From Alphaproteobacteria bacterium (GTDB lineage Bacteria > Pseudomonadota > Alphaproteobacteria > Bin98), in assembly GCA_965261615.1 (NCBI GenBank), contig OZ253461.1:1273223-1337222 (forward strand): a stretch of DNA of 64,000 nucleotides. The letters are read 5' to 3'. A model generated the notes under the pieces. The model had not been told where the DNA came from and did no database searches. It was given only the letters and a program-made list of their open reading frames with translations. Shown here piece after piece: positions 24,435 through 32,518 of this stretch. The position numbers and the translations under genes were made by a program. Every line of letters starts with the position of its first letter. The first letter of the stretch is position 1.

Positions 24435-24968
24435 CTAAACTTTCTCAACCCCAGAAAAATCCAACTCCACAGGGGTCGCTCGCCCAAAAATCGATACAAC
24501 AACTCTCAAGCGCTTTTTCGGAAGGTCTACACTTTGAACCACTCCCTGCAGGGAGGCAAACGGCCCTTCCTTCACCTTGACGCTCTGCCCAACCACAAAC
24601 TCTTCAGCCTCCTGAACCTTACGATCAATACGAGCCAGCATCGCTTGGGCTTCTGCATCACTAATGGGCACCGGCACACCTTTTCGCGTTCCTGCAAACC
24701 CAACAACACGCTGGACGCCCTTGACCAGATACCATAGTTTATCAGAAAAATCTAACTTTAGAAATACATATCCTGAAAAAAATCTTTTTTCACGTGTTGT
24801 TCGCTTTCCATTACGAACAGAATCAACCTCAAATGTTGGAATGACGCTGTCAACAAGAGCCTCAGACATCTCATTCTCCTCCAAGGCTAATCGCAACTCC
24901 TGGAGCACTTTGTTTTCAGCGCCTGAGTGAACCTTCAAAGCATACCATTTGGCTACCTCTTTACTCAC
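24435..24968 (-). CDS. nusG: Transcription termination/antitermination factor NusG
   Basis: 177 aa, WYALKVHSGAENKV NGN domain plus C-terminal KOW. Confidence 0.94.
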   Translation of the reverse strand: MSKEVAKWYALKVHSGAENKVLQELRLALEENEMSEALVDSVIPTFEVDSVRNGKRTTREKRFFSGYVFLKLDFSDKLWYLVKGVQRVVGFAGTRKGVPVPISDAEAQAMLARIDRKVQEAEEFVVGQSVKVKEGPFASLQGVVQSVDLPKKRLRVVVSIFGRATPVELDFSGVEKV

Positions 24969-24972
24969 AACC

Positions 24973-25158
24973 TCACCAACCCATCACAAGTCCGATCAAT
25001 CGAACATACACATTGTCTACAGCCAAAAAAAACATAGCCATAACGACAACAAACACAAACACAAAAAGAGCTGTCATCACTGTTTCCTTCTTTGAAGGCC
25101 ACATGATTTTACGAATCTGCTCTTTTACATCACGCAGAAAAATAACCGGACTTTGCAT
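24973..25158 (-). CDS. secE: Preprotein translocase subunit SecE
   Basis: 61 aa single-TM protein immediately upstream of nusG; KEQIRKIMWPSKKET motif. Confidence 0.85.
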   Translation of the reverse strand: MQSPVIFLRDVKEQIRKIMWPSKKETVMTALFVFVFVVVMAMFFLAVDNVYVRLIGLVMGW

Positions 25159-25174
25159 ACTTCACCAAAAAAAG

Positions 25175-25247
25175 CAGGAGTGGAGGGGCTCGAACCCCCG
25201 ACCTTCGGTTTTGGAGACCGACGCTCTACCAACTAAGCTACACTCCT
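25175..25247 (-). tRNA. tRNA-Trp (anticodon CCA)
   Basis: Manual cloverleaf: AGGAGTG acceptor stem, anticodon loop CUCCAAA, T-loop GGTTCGAGCCC; between tuf and secE as in many bacteria. Confidence 0.85.
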
Positions 25248-25252
25248 AAATA

Positions 25253-26451
25253 TCTTACTTCAATATTTTTGACACAACACCCGCACCTACAGTACGTCCA
25301 CCTTCTCGAACTGCAAAGCGCAATCCTTCTTCCATCGCAATAGGAACCAGCAACTCTACTGTAAACTTAACGTTATCTCCTGGCATCACCATCTCTACAC
25401 CATCTGGCAAAGATACTGCTCCTGTCACGTCTGTTGTTCTAAAGTAAAACTGTGGGCGATAGTTGGAGAAAAATGGCGTGTGCCTTCCTCCCTCATCTTT
25501 AGTCAACACGTAAACCTCTGCTTCAAAGTGAATGTGTGGCGTCACAGAGCCTGGCTTAGCCAAAACTTGCCCTCTGTGAATATCCTCTTTCTTCACTCCT
25601 CTCAGCAATAGACCTACGTTATCTCCAGCGGCCCCTTCATCCAACAACTTACGGAACATCTCCACTCCTGTAACTGTTGTCTTCTCAGTGTCTTTACCAA
25701 GACCCACTAGCTCAACTTCTTCTCCTACCTTAATCTCTCCGGACTCAATCCTTCCTGTCGCAACAGTTCCTCTTCCAGAGATGGAAAATACATCTTCCAC
25801 TGGCATCAAGAAACTCTTGTCGATCGCTCTCTCCGGTTGTGGAATATGAGAATCCACCGCTTCCATAAGCTCAGCAACTGCTCCAACCCACTTAGCGTCT
25901 CCTTCCAAAGCTCCCAAAGCCGATCCCTTAATCACAGGAATTGTATCTCCATCATACTCGTACTTAGACACAAGCTCTCTCACTTCCATCTCAACAAGCT
26001 CAACCAATTCCGGATCGTCAACTTGATCTACTTTGTTCAAAAACACCACTAGTGCCGGAACTCCTACCTGCCTTGCAAGAAGCAAGTGCTCTCTCGTCTG
26101 TGGCATAGGACCATCTGTCGCAGATACAACCATAATGGCTCCATCCATCTGCGCAGCACCCGTAATCATGTTCTTAATGTAGTCCGCGTGCCCAGGACAG
26201 TCTACGTGTGCATAGTGTCGATTCTCTGTCTCGTACTCTACGTGAGACGTGTTGATCGTAATCCCTCTCGCCTTCTCTTCCGGAGCACTGTCAATCGCCG
26301 CATAATCTCTAAACTCAGCTCCACCTTTTTCCGCCATCACTTTCGTAATCGCCGCTGTCAACGTCGTTTTACCATGATCCACGTGTCCTATCGTACCGAT
26401 ATTACAATGCGGTTTATTTCTTTCAAATTTTTCCTTTGACATCTTACTCCT
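25253..26451. repeat. 1.2-kb repeat unit B: tuf2 CDS plus SD
   Basis: See unit A. Confidence 0.9.
25255..26442 (-). CDS. tuf: Elongation factor Tu (copy 2, upstream of secE-nusG-rplKAJL-rpoBC)
   Basis: 395 aa, apparently identical in protein and nucleotide sequence to copy 1. Confidence 0.96.
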   Translation of the reverse strand: MSKEKFERNKPHCNIGTIGHVDHGKTTLTAAITKVMAEKGGAEFRDYAAIDSAPEEKARGITINTSHVEYETENRHYAHVDCPGHADYIKNMITGAAQMDGAIMVVSATDGPMPQTREHLLLARQVGVPALVVFLNKVDQVDDPELVELVEMEVRELVSKYEYDGDTIPVIKGSALGALEGDAKWVGAVAELMEAVDSHIPQPERAIDKSFLMPVEDVFSISGRGTVATGRIESGEIKVGEEVELVGLGKDTEKTTVTGVEMFRKLLDEGAAGDNVGLLLRGVKKEDIHRGQVLAKPGSVTPHIHFEAEVYVLTKDEGGRHTPFFSNYRPQFYFRTTDVTGAVSLPDGVEMVMPGDNVKFTVELLVPIAMEEGLRFAVREGGRTVGAGVVSKILK

Positions 26452-26493
26452 AACAAGAATCGAGTGCTACGCACTATACCAAAAACTTTAAAG

Positions 26494-26564
26494 AGCGGGT
26501 GGAGGGAATCGAACCCTCGTAATCAGCTTGGAAGGCTGGAGCTTTACCACTAAGCTACACCCGC
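26494..26564 (-). tRNA. tRNA-Gly (anticodon TCC)
   Basis: GCGGGTG/CACCCGC acceptor stem, anticodon loop CUUCCAA, T-arm GAGGGTTCGATTCCCTC. Confidence 0.85.
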
Positions 26565-26580
26565 GTTAATAGCGCCAAAT

Positions 26581-26662
26581 GGGGGGGGTAGGATTCGAAC
26601 CTACGAACGCATTCGCGGGCAGGTTTACAGCCTGCTGCCGTTGACCACTTGGCTACCCCCCC
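26581..26662 (-). tRNA. tRNA-Tyr (anticodon GTA), long variable arm
   Basis: GGGGGGG acceptor stem, anticodon loop CUGUAAA, long variable arm, T-loop GGTTCGAATCC. Confidence 0.85.
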
Positions 26663-26732
26663 GGGTAACACGCATTGTTATTATACAACAAAAACAGATC
26701 ACTGTGCAAGTAATATTTATAACAACACATAC

Positions 26733-26805
26733 ACGTCTGAGAGGATTCGAACCTCCGGCCTTTGCCTCCGGAGGGCAACGCTCTATCCAGCTGAGCTACA
26801 GACGC
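26733..26805 (-). tRNA. tRNA-Arg (anticodon CCG)
   Basis: GCGTCTGTAGCTCAGCTGGATAGAGCG 5' half, anticodon loop CUCCGGA; position 1-72 reads as a G.U pair. Confidence 0.75.
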
Positions 26806-26829
26806 ACTTCAGGATATCAAAACTACAAA

Positions 26830-27786
26830 TTATTTCAAGTACATCTTCTTACAAAGGGCCTTAGCTTGAATATGTTGTTCAAAAGATGATGTAAATTCGT
26901 GCCTTCGTTTTCTAGGGTTCCACACATAATGTGTATACTGCCCTAAGGACTCCACTGCAAAAACAGCTGAAAGCACTCTATATGAAGGATTGCAAATAGG
27001 CCCCGGAGGCAAACCGCTATTTCGATATGTGTTATACTTACTCTTTGCAAACAGATCTTTTATCATAAATTTTTGCTTCACAACACCCGCTTGCTCTAAA
27101 GCAAACTTGACAGTTGCGTCAATACACAATCTCTGCTTATTATGCAAACGCAAGAGGATGACCTTCGTTATTAAAGGATACTCTTCCGACACAAAAGTCT
27201 CTTTTTCCACAAGTGAGCTTAGCACCAGAACTTCATCTGGCGTAAAGTCCTTCAATAGAGGACCACGGCGCTTCCACAATTTGAGGCACTCGCTGCGCAA
27301 TCTCCTCTCCGCCATGCGCAAAATAACCGAAACTTTCGTTTTCCAAGCCACACAGTACGTATCTGGGTAAAACGCCGCGCCCTTACAGGTCCACTCCCCA
27401 CTTGCATCCAGTGCTGGATGCCCTTTCAACGCACGCACGGTCTGCCGCTCAGACCAACCAGGCAAAATTTGCACACGAAAGAACTTTTGCCTGCCAGACT
27501 CAACCGCCAAGAGAATATCTGAAAGTTTCCCTCCATAGTATGCCCCCCACCTAACAGAAAAAAAACGCCCCACCCACAGAGGGCCGAGACCATTCGCACC
27601 AAATTTACACATCACGTCATATGGCGCATCGGCAGGCTCAACGACAAACCAGCCTCCCGTCATAAACCGCTGCTGAAAAAGAACAAATGCACCTCCGCAT
27701 AGCAGAACCCCTGAAAACCAAACAGCGAGACAAAAGCCTTTAGATTTTTCCAAAAACCAACGTTGTATTTGCACCACCAAATCCAA
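26830..27786 (-). CDS. mltG: Endolytic murein transglycosylase MltG (YceG family)
   Basis: N-terminal TM helix plus YNTYRNSGLPPGPICNPS YceG signature; start uncertain, the ORF overlaps the fabF 3' end by 47 nt. Confidence 0.85.
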   Translation of the reverse strand: MDLVVQIQRWFLEKSKGFCLAVWFSGVLLCGGAFVLFQQRFMTGGWFVVEPADAPYDVMCKFGANGLGPLWVGRFFSVRWGAYYGGKLSDILLAVESGRQKFFRVQILPGWSERQTVRALKGHPALDASGEWTCKGAAFYPDTYCVAWKTKVSVILRMAERRLRSECLKLWKRRGPLLKDFTPDEVLVLSSLVEKETFVSEEYPLITKVILLRLHNKQRLCIDATVKFALEQAGVVKQKFMIKDLFAKSKYNTYRNSGLPPGPICNPSYRVLSAVFAVESLGQYTHYVWNPRKRRHEFTSSFEQHIQAKALCKKMYLK

Positions 27787-29005
27787 ATGAGTTTGACATT
27801 ACTATCTCTTGCTCTTTTTCTAAAGGCTCCCCAACAACAATATTCATGTCTGCAACATCTGGACTCACATTTTCTGTATTTCTTGTGAACGGAACAACAT
27901 TATTTTGCAGCCCTTTAATTGCAAATATTGACTCTAGAGCACCACTAGCTCCAAGCAAATGCCCTGTGCTTGCTTTGGTAGAGCACACAGGAATACTTCG
28001 GGCGGCATCACCCAAAGCCCTTTTCATTCCCAAAATTTCAGCCTCATCTCCCGCGGGTGTCGATGTTCCATGGGCATTCACATGCCCAACCTGCTCTGGG
28101 AGCACTTTTGCCACCTTCAACGCCTGCGTCATACAACGCGCCGCGCCATCACCCTCAGGGTGAGGTGCAGCAACATGATAAGCATCGCTTGTAGAAGCGT
28201 ACCCCAGAAGTTCCGCATGAATAGTTGCACCACGCGCACGAGCATGCTCATATTCCTCCAAAACCAAAACACCAGCACCCTCAGCAATCACAAAGCCGTC
28301 ACGCTGAACGTCCCATGGTCGTGATGCTTTATCGGGCGTATCGTTCCACGAGCTAGATAAGGCACGCATTGCATCAAATCCAGCCATAGCAAGCTCACAC
28401 ACTGCGCCTTCCGCGCCCCCCGCAACGGCCAAATCCATGTTGCCAGTAATAATATTCTGATAAGCAATCCCCAAGGCATGCCCACTTGAAGAACATGCTG
28501 AGCAAGTGGAAAAACTATCCGCACGAAGGCCGTATTTCATTGACAGGTGCCCTGGCAGAAGGTTGCTGAGAACAGAGGGCAGCCACGTCGGCGGCAAACG
28601 CCTTCCTGCTACCAAGTCTCGCACACGCCCCTCAATGCTTGGAAGGCCTCCGATGCCAATTCCCATCACAGCGCCAGCCCGCAACTTCTGCTCTTCCGTC
28701 CACTCAGAAACACCCGCCTCTTCCATGGCCTCTTCTGCAGCAACCATCCCAAAAAGTATGAACTGATCCATGCGCTTCTGATCACGGAGACTAACTATTT
28801 GCTCTACATCAGAGCTACCAACACCTTCATCCAACCCGTTCAGATTCACCTGTCCAGCAATCTGTGATCGCAAACGCTCCGGATTAAAGCGACTAACCCG
28901 CGCTAAACCGCTAGCACCACTAATCAAATTTGCCCAATTATCTTGAACATTCAGACCTAAGGGAGAGCAGGTCCCCATCCCAGTAATCACAACTCGCCGA
29001 CTCAT
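27740..29005 (-). CDS. fabF: 3-oxoacyl-[acyl-carrier-protein] synthase II
   Basis: 421 aa KAS II with active-site Cys context CSACSSSG, His and GSNSFGFGG motifs. Confidence 0.95.
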   Translation of the reverse strand: MSRRVVITGMGTCSPLGLNVQDNWANLISGASGLARVSRFNPERLRSQIAGQVNLNGLDEGVGSSDVEQIVSLRDQKRMDQFILFGMVAAEEAMEEAGVSEWTEEQKLRAGAVMGIGIGGLPSIEGRVRDLVAGRRLPPTWLPSVLSNLLPGHLSMKYGLRADSFSTCSACSSSGHALGIAYQNIITGNMDLAVAGGAEGAVCELAMAGFDAMRALSSSWNDTPDKASRPWDVQRDGFVIAEGAGVLVLEEYEHARARGATIHAELLGYASTSDAYHVAAPHPEGDGAARCMTQALKVAKVLPEQVGHVNAHGTSTPAGDEAEILGMKRALGDAARSIPVCSTKASTGHLLGASGALESIFAIKGLQNNVVPFTRNTENVSPDVADMNIVVGEPLEKEQEIVMSNSFGFGGANTTLVFGKI

Positions 29006-29018
29006 ATATCCCTATCAA

Positions 29019-29255
29019 TTACGCCTGCTCTTCTTCGATGTACTTAATAACTTCACCAACTGTCGTCATTTTTTCTGCTCGAGCATCTGGTATTTGAACA
29101 CCAAACTCATCTTCTACTGCCATAGTTAGCTCCACCCGATCCAAACTGTCGGCACCCAAGTCCTCAACTATTTTGCTGTCCACGGCCACTTTACTTTCAT
29201 CAACTCCAAGCTGACTTGCTATCAAACTTACAACTTTTTTTTCAACTGTACTCAC
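29019..29255 (-). CDS. acpP: Acyl carrier protein
   Basis: 78 aa, DLGADSLDRVEL phosphopantetheine attachment motif. Confidence 0.95.
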   Translation of the reverse strand: MSTVEKKVVSLIASQLGVDESKVAVDSKIVEDLGADSLDRVELTMAVEDEFGVQIPDARAEKMTTVGEVIKYIEEEQA

Positions 29256-29285
29256 TTTTTTTCTCCTTAAAAATTATAAAAAACA

Positions 29286-30008
29286 CTAGATCATTGCGCT
29301 GCCACCATTCACATGGATGGTTTGCCCAGTAATGTAACTTGCATCTTCATGAGCTAAAAAATCTACAGCATGCGCCACCTCTTCAGGTCGCGCCACACGC
29401 CCCATGGGCACTTGCTGTAAAATTTTCTGAAAACTCACCTCTGGTATTTCATCAATCATCGGTGACTGAGTAAGGCCTGGCGCCACACAATTCACAGTAA
29501 CACCACGACTTACGGTCTCCAGCGCCAAGGTCTTTGTCAAACCAATCAAGCCCGCTTTCGCTGCAACATAATTAGATTGACCAATATTACCCGTAACCCC
29601 AACCACAGAACTAATATTAATGATGCGTCCATAACGCTCTTTAAACATGCCGCGCAAAAACTTTTGGGTCAGAAAAAACACCGACTTCAAATTTGTGTTA
29701 AACACAGAGTCCCACTCTTGCCCGGACATACGCAAACTCAAATTATCTGCAGTAATCCCTGCGTTATTAACCAAAACATGCAAAGGGCCTGACGCAAGCA
29801 CTCTCTGTGCCGCTTCCTCCACCTGCTGTGCATCAGTCAAATCACACGGAAGCACGCCCAAAACAGCATTACCTAACTGGCTTTCCAGCTTGGCAAGCTT
29901 ATCTGCAGAACGCCCCATAAGCCAAAGCTTCATATCGCGTTTTGCTAGTCGGGTGGCAATCGCCCCCCCTATGGAACCTGTTGCTCCCGTAACTAAACCA
30001 ATCTTCAT
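29286..30008 (-). CDS. fabG: 3-oxoacyl-[acyl-carrier-protein] reductase
   Basis: 240 aa SDR with TGATGSIG Rossmann motif and YVAAKAG catalytic motif. Confidence 0.92.
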   Translation of the reverse strand: MKIGLVTGATGSIGGAIATRLAKRDMKLWLMGRSADKLAKLESQLGNAVLGVLPCDLTDAQQVEEAAQRVLASGPLHVLVNNAGITADNLSLRMSGQEWDSVFNTNLKSVFFLTQKFLRGMFKERYGRIINISSVVGVTGNIGQSNYVAAKAGLIGLTKTLALETVSRGVTVNCVAPGLTQSPMIDEIPEVSFQKILQQVPMGRVARPEEVAHAVDFLAHEDASYITGQTIHVNGGSAMI

Positions 30009-30015
30009 CCAAACC

Positions 30016-30924
30016 CTAATTTAAACCCAGAACGTCCTGGTATTTCGTAAATACAATACACTCTATTCCCCGCTTGGTCAAGCCCTTCAACACGCTGCCA
30101 GGCCCCACCTCAATCGCTTCAGAAACCTCTAAACCAGCTAGTGTCCGCACCACTTCTGTCCAAAGCACGGGCGCCACTATTTGCTTTTCTAAAGCATTGC
30201 GCACCTGTTCTGCAGTGTTTACAACCTGTCCCGTAACGCTCGAAATAAGCATTTTGTTTGGTGAGGCCACCGAAACCTTCTCCAGTGTTTTTTGAAAGCG
30301 CTCTTGCGCCTCTTTCATATGCGGTGTATGAAATGGGCCAGAAACACTAAGTTCCACCACACGCCTCACACCATCTGTCTGCTTCAGCGCCCCCTGCAGT
30401 GTTTGCAGCTCATCCGTCGGCCCCCCAACAACATACTGCCCAACTGCATTATATAAAGCGATCGAGCACCCCTCAAGATTCGACTGCTCTATAGCACTTT
30501 GAACCACCTTCTGATCTCCACCAAGCACAGCAAGCAGTCCGCCCTCAACAGAACAGGACTCCATTAGGCGTCCACGTTCTGCCAGCAGCCGCAAGGCATC
30601 ATCCACGCCCAGGCAACCACAAACTACTGCAGCAACATACTCTCCAACTGAGTGCCCGGCAAAAACACACCCCTCTGCATCCACACAGCCTTTTTCCTGC
30701 ATTGCCAGCCAAACAGAAAAAGAGGCCACAAAGAGAGCCGGTTGTGTAACGCTTGTTTGTTGAAGATCTTTTTCTGTGCCGTGTATTATTTTTTCCACAA
30801 AATCAAAACCAACGATGGAGCTTGCGTGCTCCCAAAAGTCACGCACTTTTTGCGAATGATGATATATGTCAGAACACATTTGCGGTGCCTGAGAGCCTTG
30901 CCCAGGGAAAAGTCTTGCCTTCAT
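30016..30924 (-). CDS. fabD: Malonyl CoA-ACP transacylase
   Basis: 302 aa, FPGQGSQ and GHSVGEY active-site motifs. Confidence 0.94.
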   Translation of the reverse strand: MKARLFPGQGSQAPQMCSDIYHHSQKVRDFWEHASSIVGFDFVEKIIHGTEKDLQQTSVTQPALFVASFSVWLAMQEKGCVDAEGCVFAGHSVGEYVAAVVCGCLGVDDALRLLAERGRLMESCSVEGGLLAVLGGDQKVVQSAIEQSNLEGCSIALYNAVGQYVVGGPTDELQTLQGALKQTDGVRRVVELSVSGPFHTPHMKEAQERFQKTLEKVSVASPNKMLISSVTGQVVNTAEQVRNALEKQIVAPVLWTEVVRTLAGLEVSEAIEVGPGSVLKGLTKRGIECIVFTKYQDVLGLN

Positions 30925-30930
30925 GCCACT

Positions 30931-30959
30931 ATATTATCCAACTCAAAGACAAACCTCAA
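30931..30959 (-). promoter_or_regulatory. Candidate fabD promoter TTGAGG-17-TAATAT, with only a 6-nt leader to the ATG
   Basis: Read on the minus strand in the divergent fabD/rpsF intergenic region. Confidence 0.35.
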
Positions 30960-30981
30960 GAAAAAAAAATGATAAAATTCA

Positions 30982-31010
30982 TTGCAAAAAAAGACAACTT
31001 GCTTTAGTAT
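30982..31010 (+). promoter_or_regulatory. Candidate rpsF promoter TTGCAA-17-TAGTAT
   Basis: Hexamers read directly; predicted +1 is about 10 nt before the rpsF ATG (31027). Confidence 0.4.
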
Positions 31011-31026
31011 ATTCCTAGGTAGTTAT

Positions 31027-31362
31027 ATGCAACGCTATGAATTAACGTTTATTTCCCGGGGAGAACTTTCCCAGGAGCAAATAGAAAAAATTTGCACTAA
31101 GATGTTGGGTTCCCTTACAGAAGCTGGCGGATCTCTTGTAGACCGTTATGACTGGGGTCTACGCACTCTTGCGTACCCGATAAAAAAGCAAACTAAAGGA
31201 TTTTACACAACCTTCCTTTTTGATGGTCCACAAAATATTGTTCGCCATTTAGAAGAGAAGATGCGCCTTGATGAGTCCATACTGCGCTTTTTAAGCGTAG
31301 CCGCTCCAGGCGTAGAGAGTATTTCAGTGAAAGAGGATAATGATGGAGACACGACGCAATAA
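31027..31362 (+). CDS. rpsF: 30S ribosomal protein S6
   Basis: MQRYELTFISRGE canonical S6 start (the track's upstream TTG at 30982 lies within the promoter). Confidence 0.9.
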   Translation: MQRYELTFISRGELSQEQIEKICTKMLGSLTEAGGSLVDRYDWGLRTLAYPIKKQTKGFYTTFLFDGPQNIVRHLEEKMRLDESILRFLSVAAPGVESISVKEDNDGDTTQ

Positions 31363-31603
31363 AAATCATTTGCCAAAACCCATTACATTAGCTCCAGCTC
31401 AGCGCGCTCCATCTACAAGACGCGCACCTCTGGACTATAAGGAGCCAAACTCCTTAATGGGCTTCTTAACAGAAGGCGGCAAAATTTTACCAAGGCGCTC
31501 TTCCGGCTTAAGTCTAAAGGATCAAAAGAAATTAAAGATCACTATTAAACGATCTCGGATTTTAGCTTTGTTACCTTTCGTAAAAAGATATGAGGACAGA
31601 TAA
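31340..31603 (+). CDS. rpsR: 30S ribosomal protein S18
   Basis: 87 aa, DYKEPNSLMGFLTEGGKILPRR...IKRSRILALLP matches S18; overlaps rpsF by 23 nt. Confidence 0.9.
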   Translation: MMETRRNKNHLPKPITLAPAQRAPSTRRAPLDYKEPNSLMGFLTEGGKILPRRSSGLSLKDQKKLKITIKRSRILALLPFVKRYEDR

Positions 31604-32274
31604 TGCGCGTAATTTTAACAGAATACATTTACGGATTAGGCCAAGAAGGCGACACGGTTAATGTAAAGCCAGGTTTTGGTCGCAACTTTCTTATTCCACA
31701 AGGAAAAGCGCTTAGGTTTTCTAAAGAAAATGAAGAGTCTTTTGCGTCACGACGTGCGGAAATCGCAGCTCGTCTCAACAAATTAAAGGACTCCTCTTTA
31801 GAGGTTTTGGACTTTTTGCAAAAGGAGCCTTTCATCATCACCACACAGGCGAATGAGAAAGGGCAACTTTACGGAACAGTTCGTCAACAAACTGTTTTCA
31901 ACGCTTTACACGAAAAGTTTTCATGCATCACACGCACTTCTATCTTGTTATCCATGACAATTAAAGAAGTCGGTGCCTACCCTTTCCAAGTAAGGTTACA
32001 CCCAGAGGTGACAATTGACGCCCTCCTGTACGTCTTTACATCAGAGCAAGAAGCTCTGGACTTCATAGAGGCCGAAAAGGAAGAAGCACTTCGTAAAGAA
32101 GAAGAAAGGAAAGCTCAGATAGAACTAGCTCAAAAGATTGCTAAAGCCGAAAAAGAAGCTGAAGCTAAGGCTGCAGAGGAGCAGTTACAACCTGATCCTG
32201 CGCAAGGTGACGCAACTGACACGGAGGAATCTTCCGACGCAGAAAAGGAAGAGCACTCTACCACTGGAGAGTAG
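31603..32274 (+). CDS. rplI: 50S ribosomal protein L9 with ~70-aa acidic low-complexity C-terminal extension
   Basis: MRVILTEYIYGLGQEGDTVNVKPGFGRNFLIPQGKA canonical L9 N-domain; 223 aa versus the typical ~150. Confidence 0.92.
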   Translation: MRVILTEYIYGLGQEGDTVNVKPGFGRNFLIPQGKALRFSKENEESFASRRAEIAARLNKLKDSSLEVLDFLQKEPFIITTQANEKGQLYGTVRQQTVFNALHEKFSCITRTSILLSMTIKEVGAYPFQVRLHPEVTIDALLYVFTSEQEALDFIEAEKEEALRKEEERKAQIELAQKIAKAEKEAEAKAAEEQLQPDPAQGDATDTEESSDAEKEEHSTTGE

Positions 32275-32297
32275 TATAGTCTCATATTCAAACGAAA

Positions 32298-32323
32298 GGC
32301 GGGGATGTTTCCCCGCCTTTTTT
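32298..32323 (+). terminator. Rho-independent terminator after rplI: GGCGGGGA-tgtt-TCCCCGCC then T6
   Basis: Perfect 8-bp GC-rich stem followed by a T-run. Confidence 0.85.
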
Positions 32324-32490
32324 ATTGCCTAAAAACTAAACTCTATGCGCGCCTGAAAAGAAGTACGCGGTTTCTGTGAAATAGATCGTCTCATGGCAGA
32401 AAATCGGCGGCGGACAACCTTCATCAATTCATGGCCGCTTTCTCTGTACTTGTTGCAACTAAACGAAGAGCAGAGCCAGCAACAGCTCAG

Positions 32491-32518
32491 CAAAAAGCAC
32501 AAGGGGGTGTCACCCCTT
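32491..32518 (-). terminator. Rho-independent terminator of the 529-aa hypothetical gene: AAGGGG-ugacac-CCCCUU then GUGCUUUUUG
   Basis: Hairpin overlaps the TGA stop codon (32510-32512); U-run follows on the minus strand. Confidence 0.6.
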
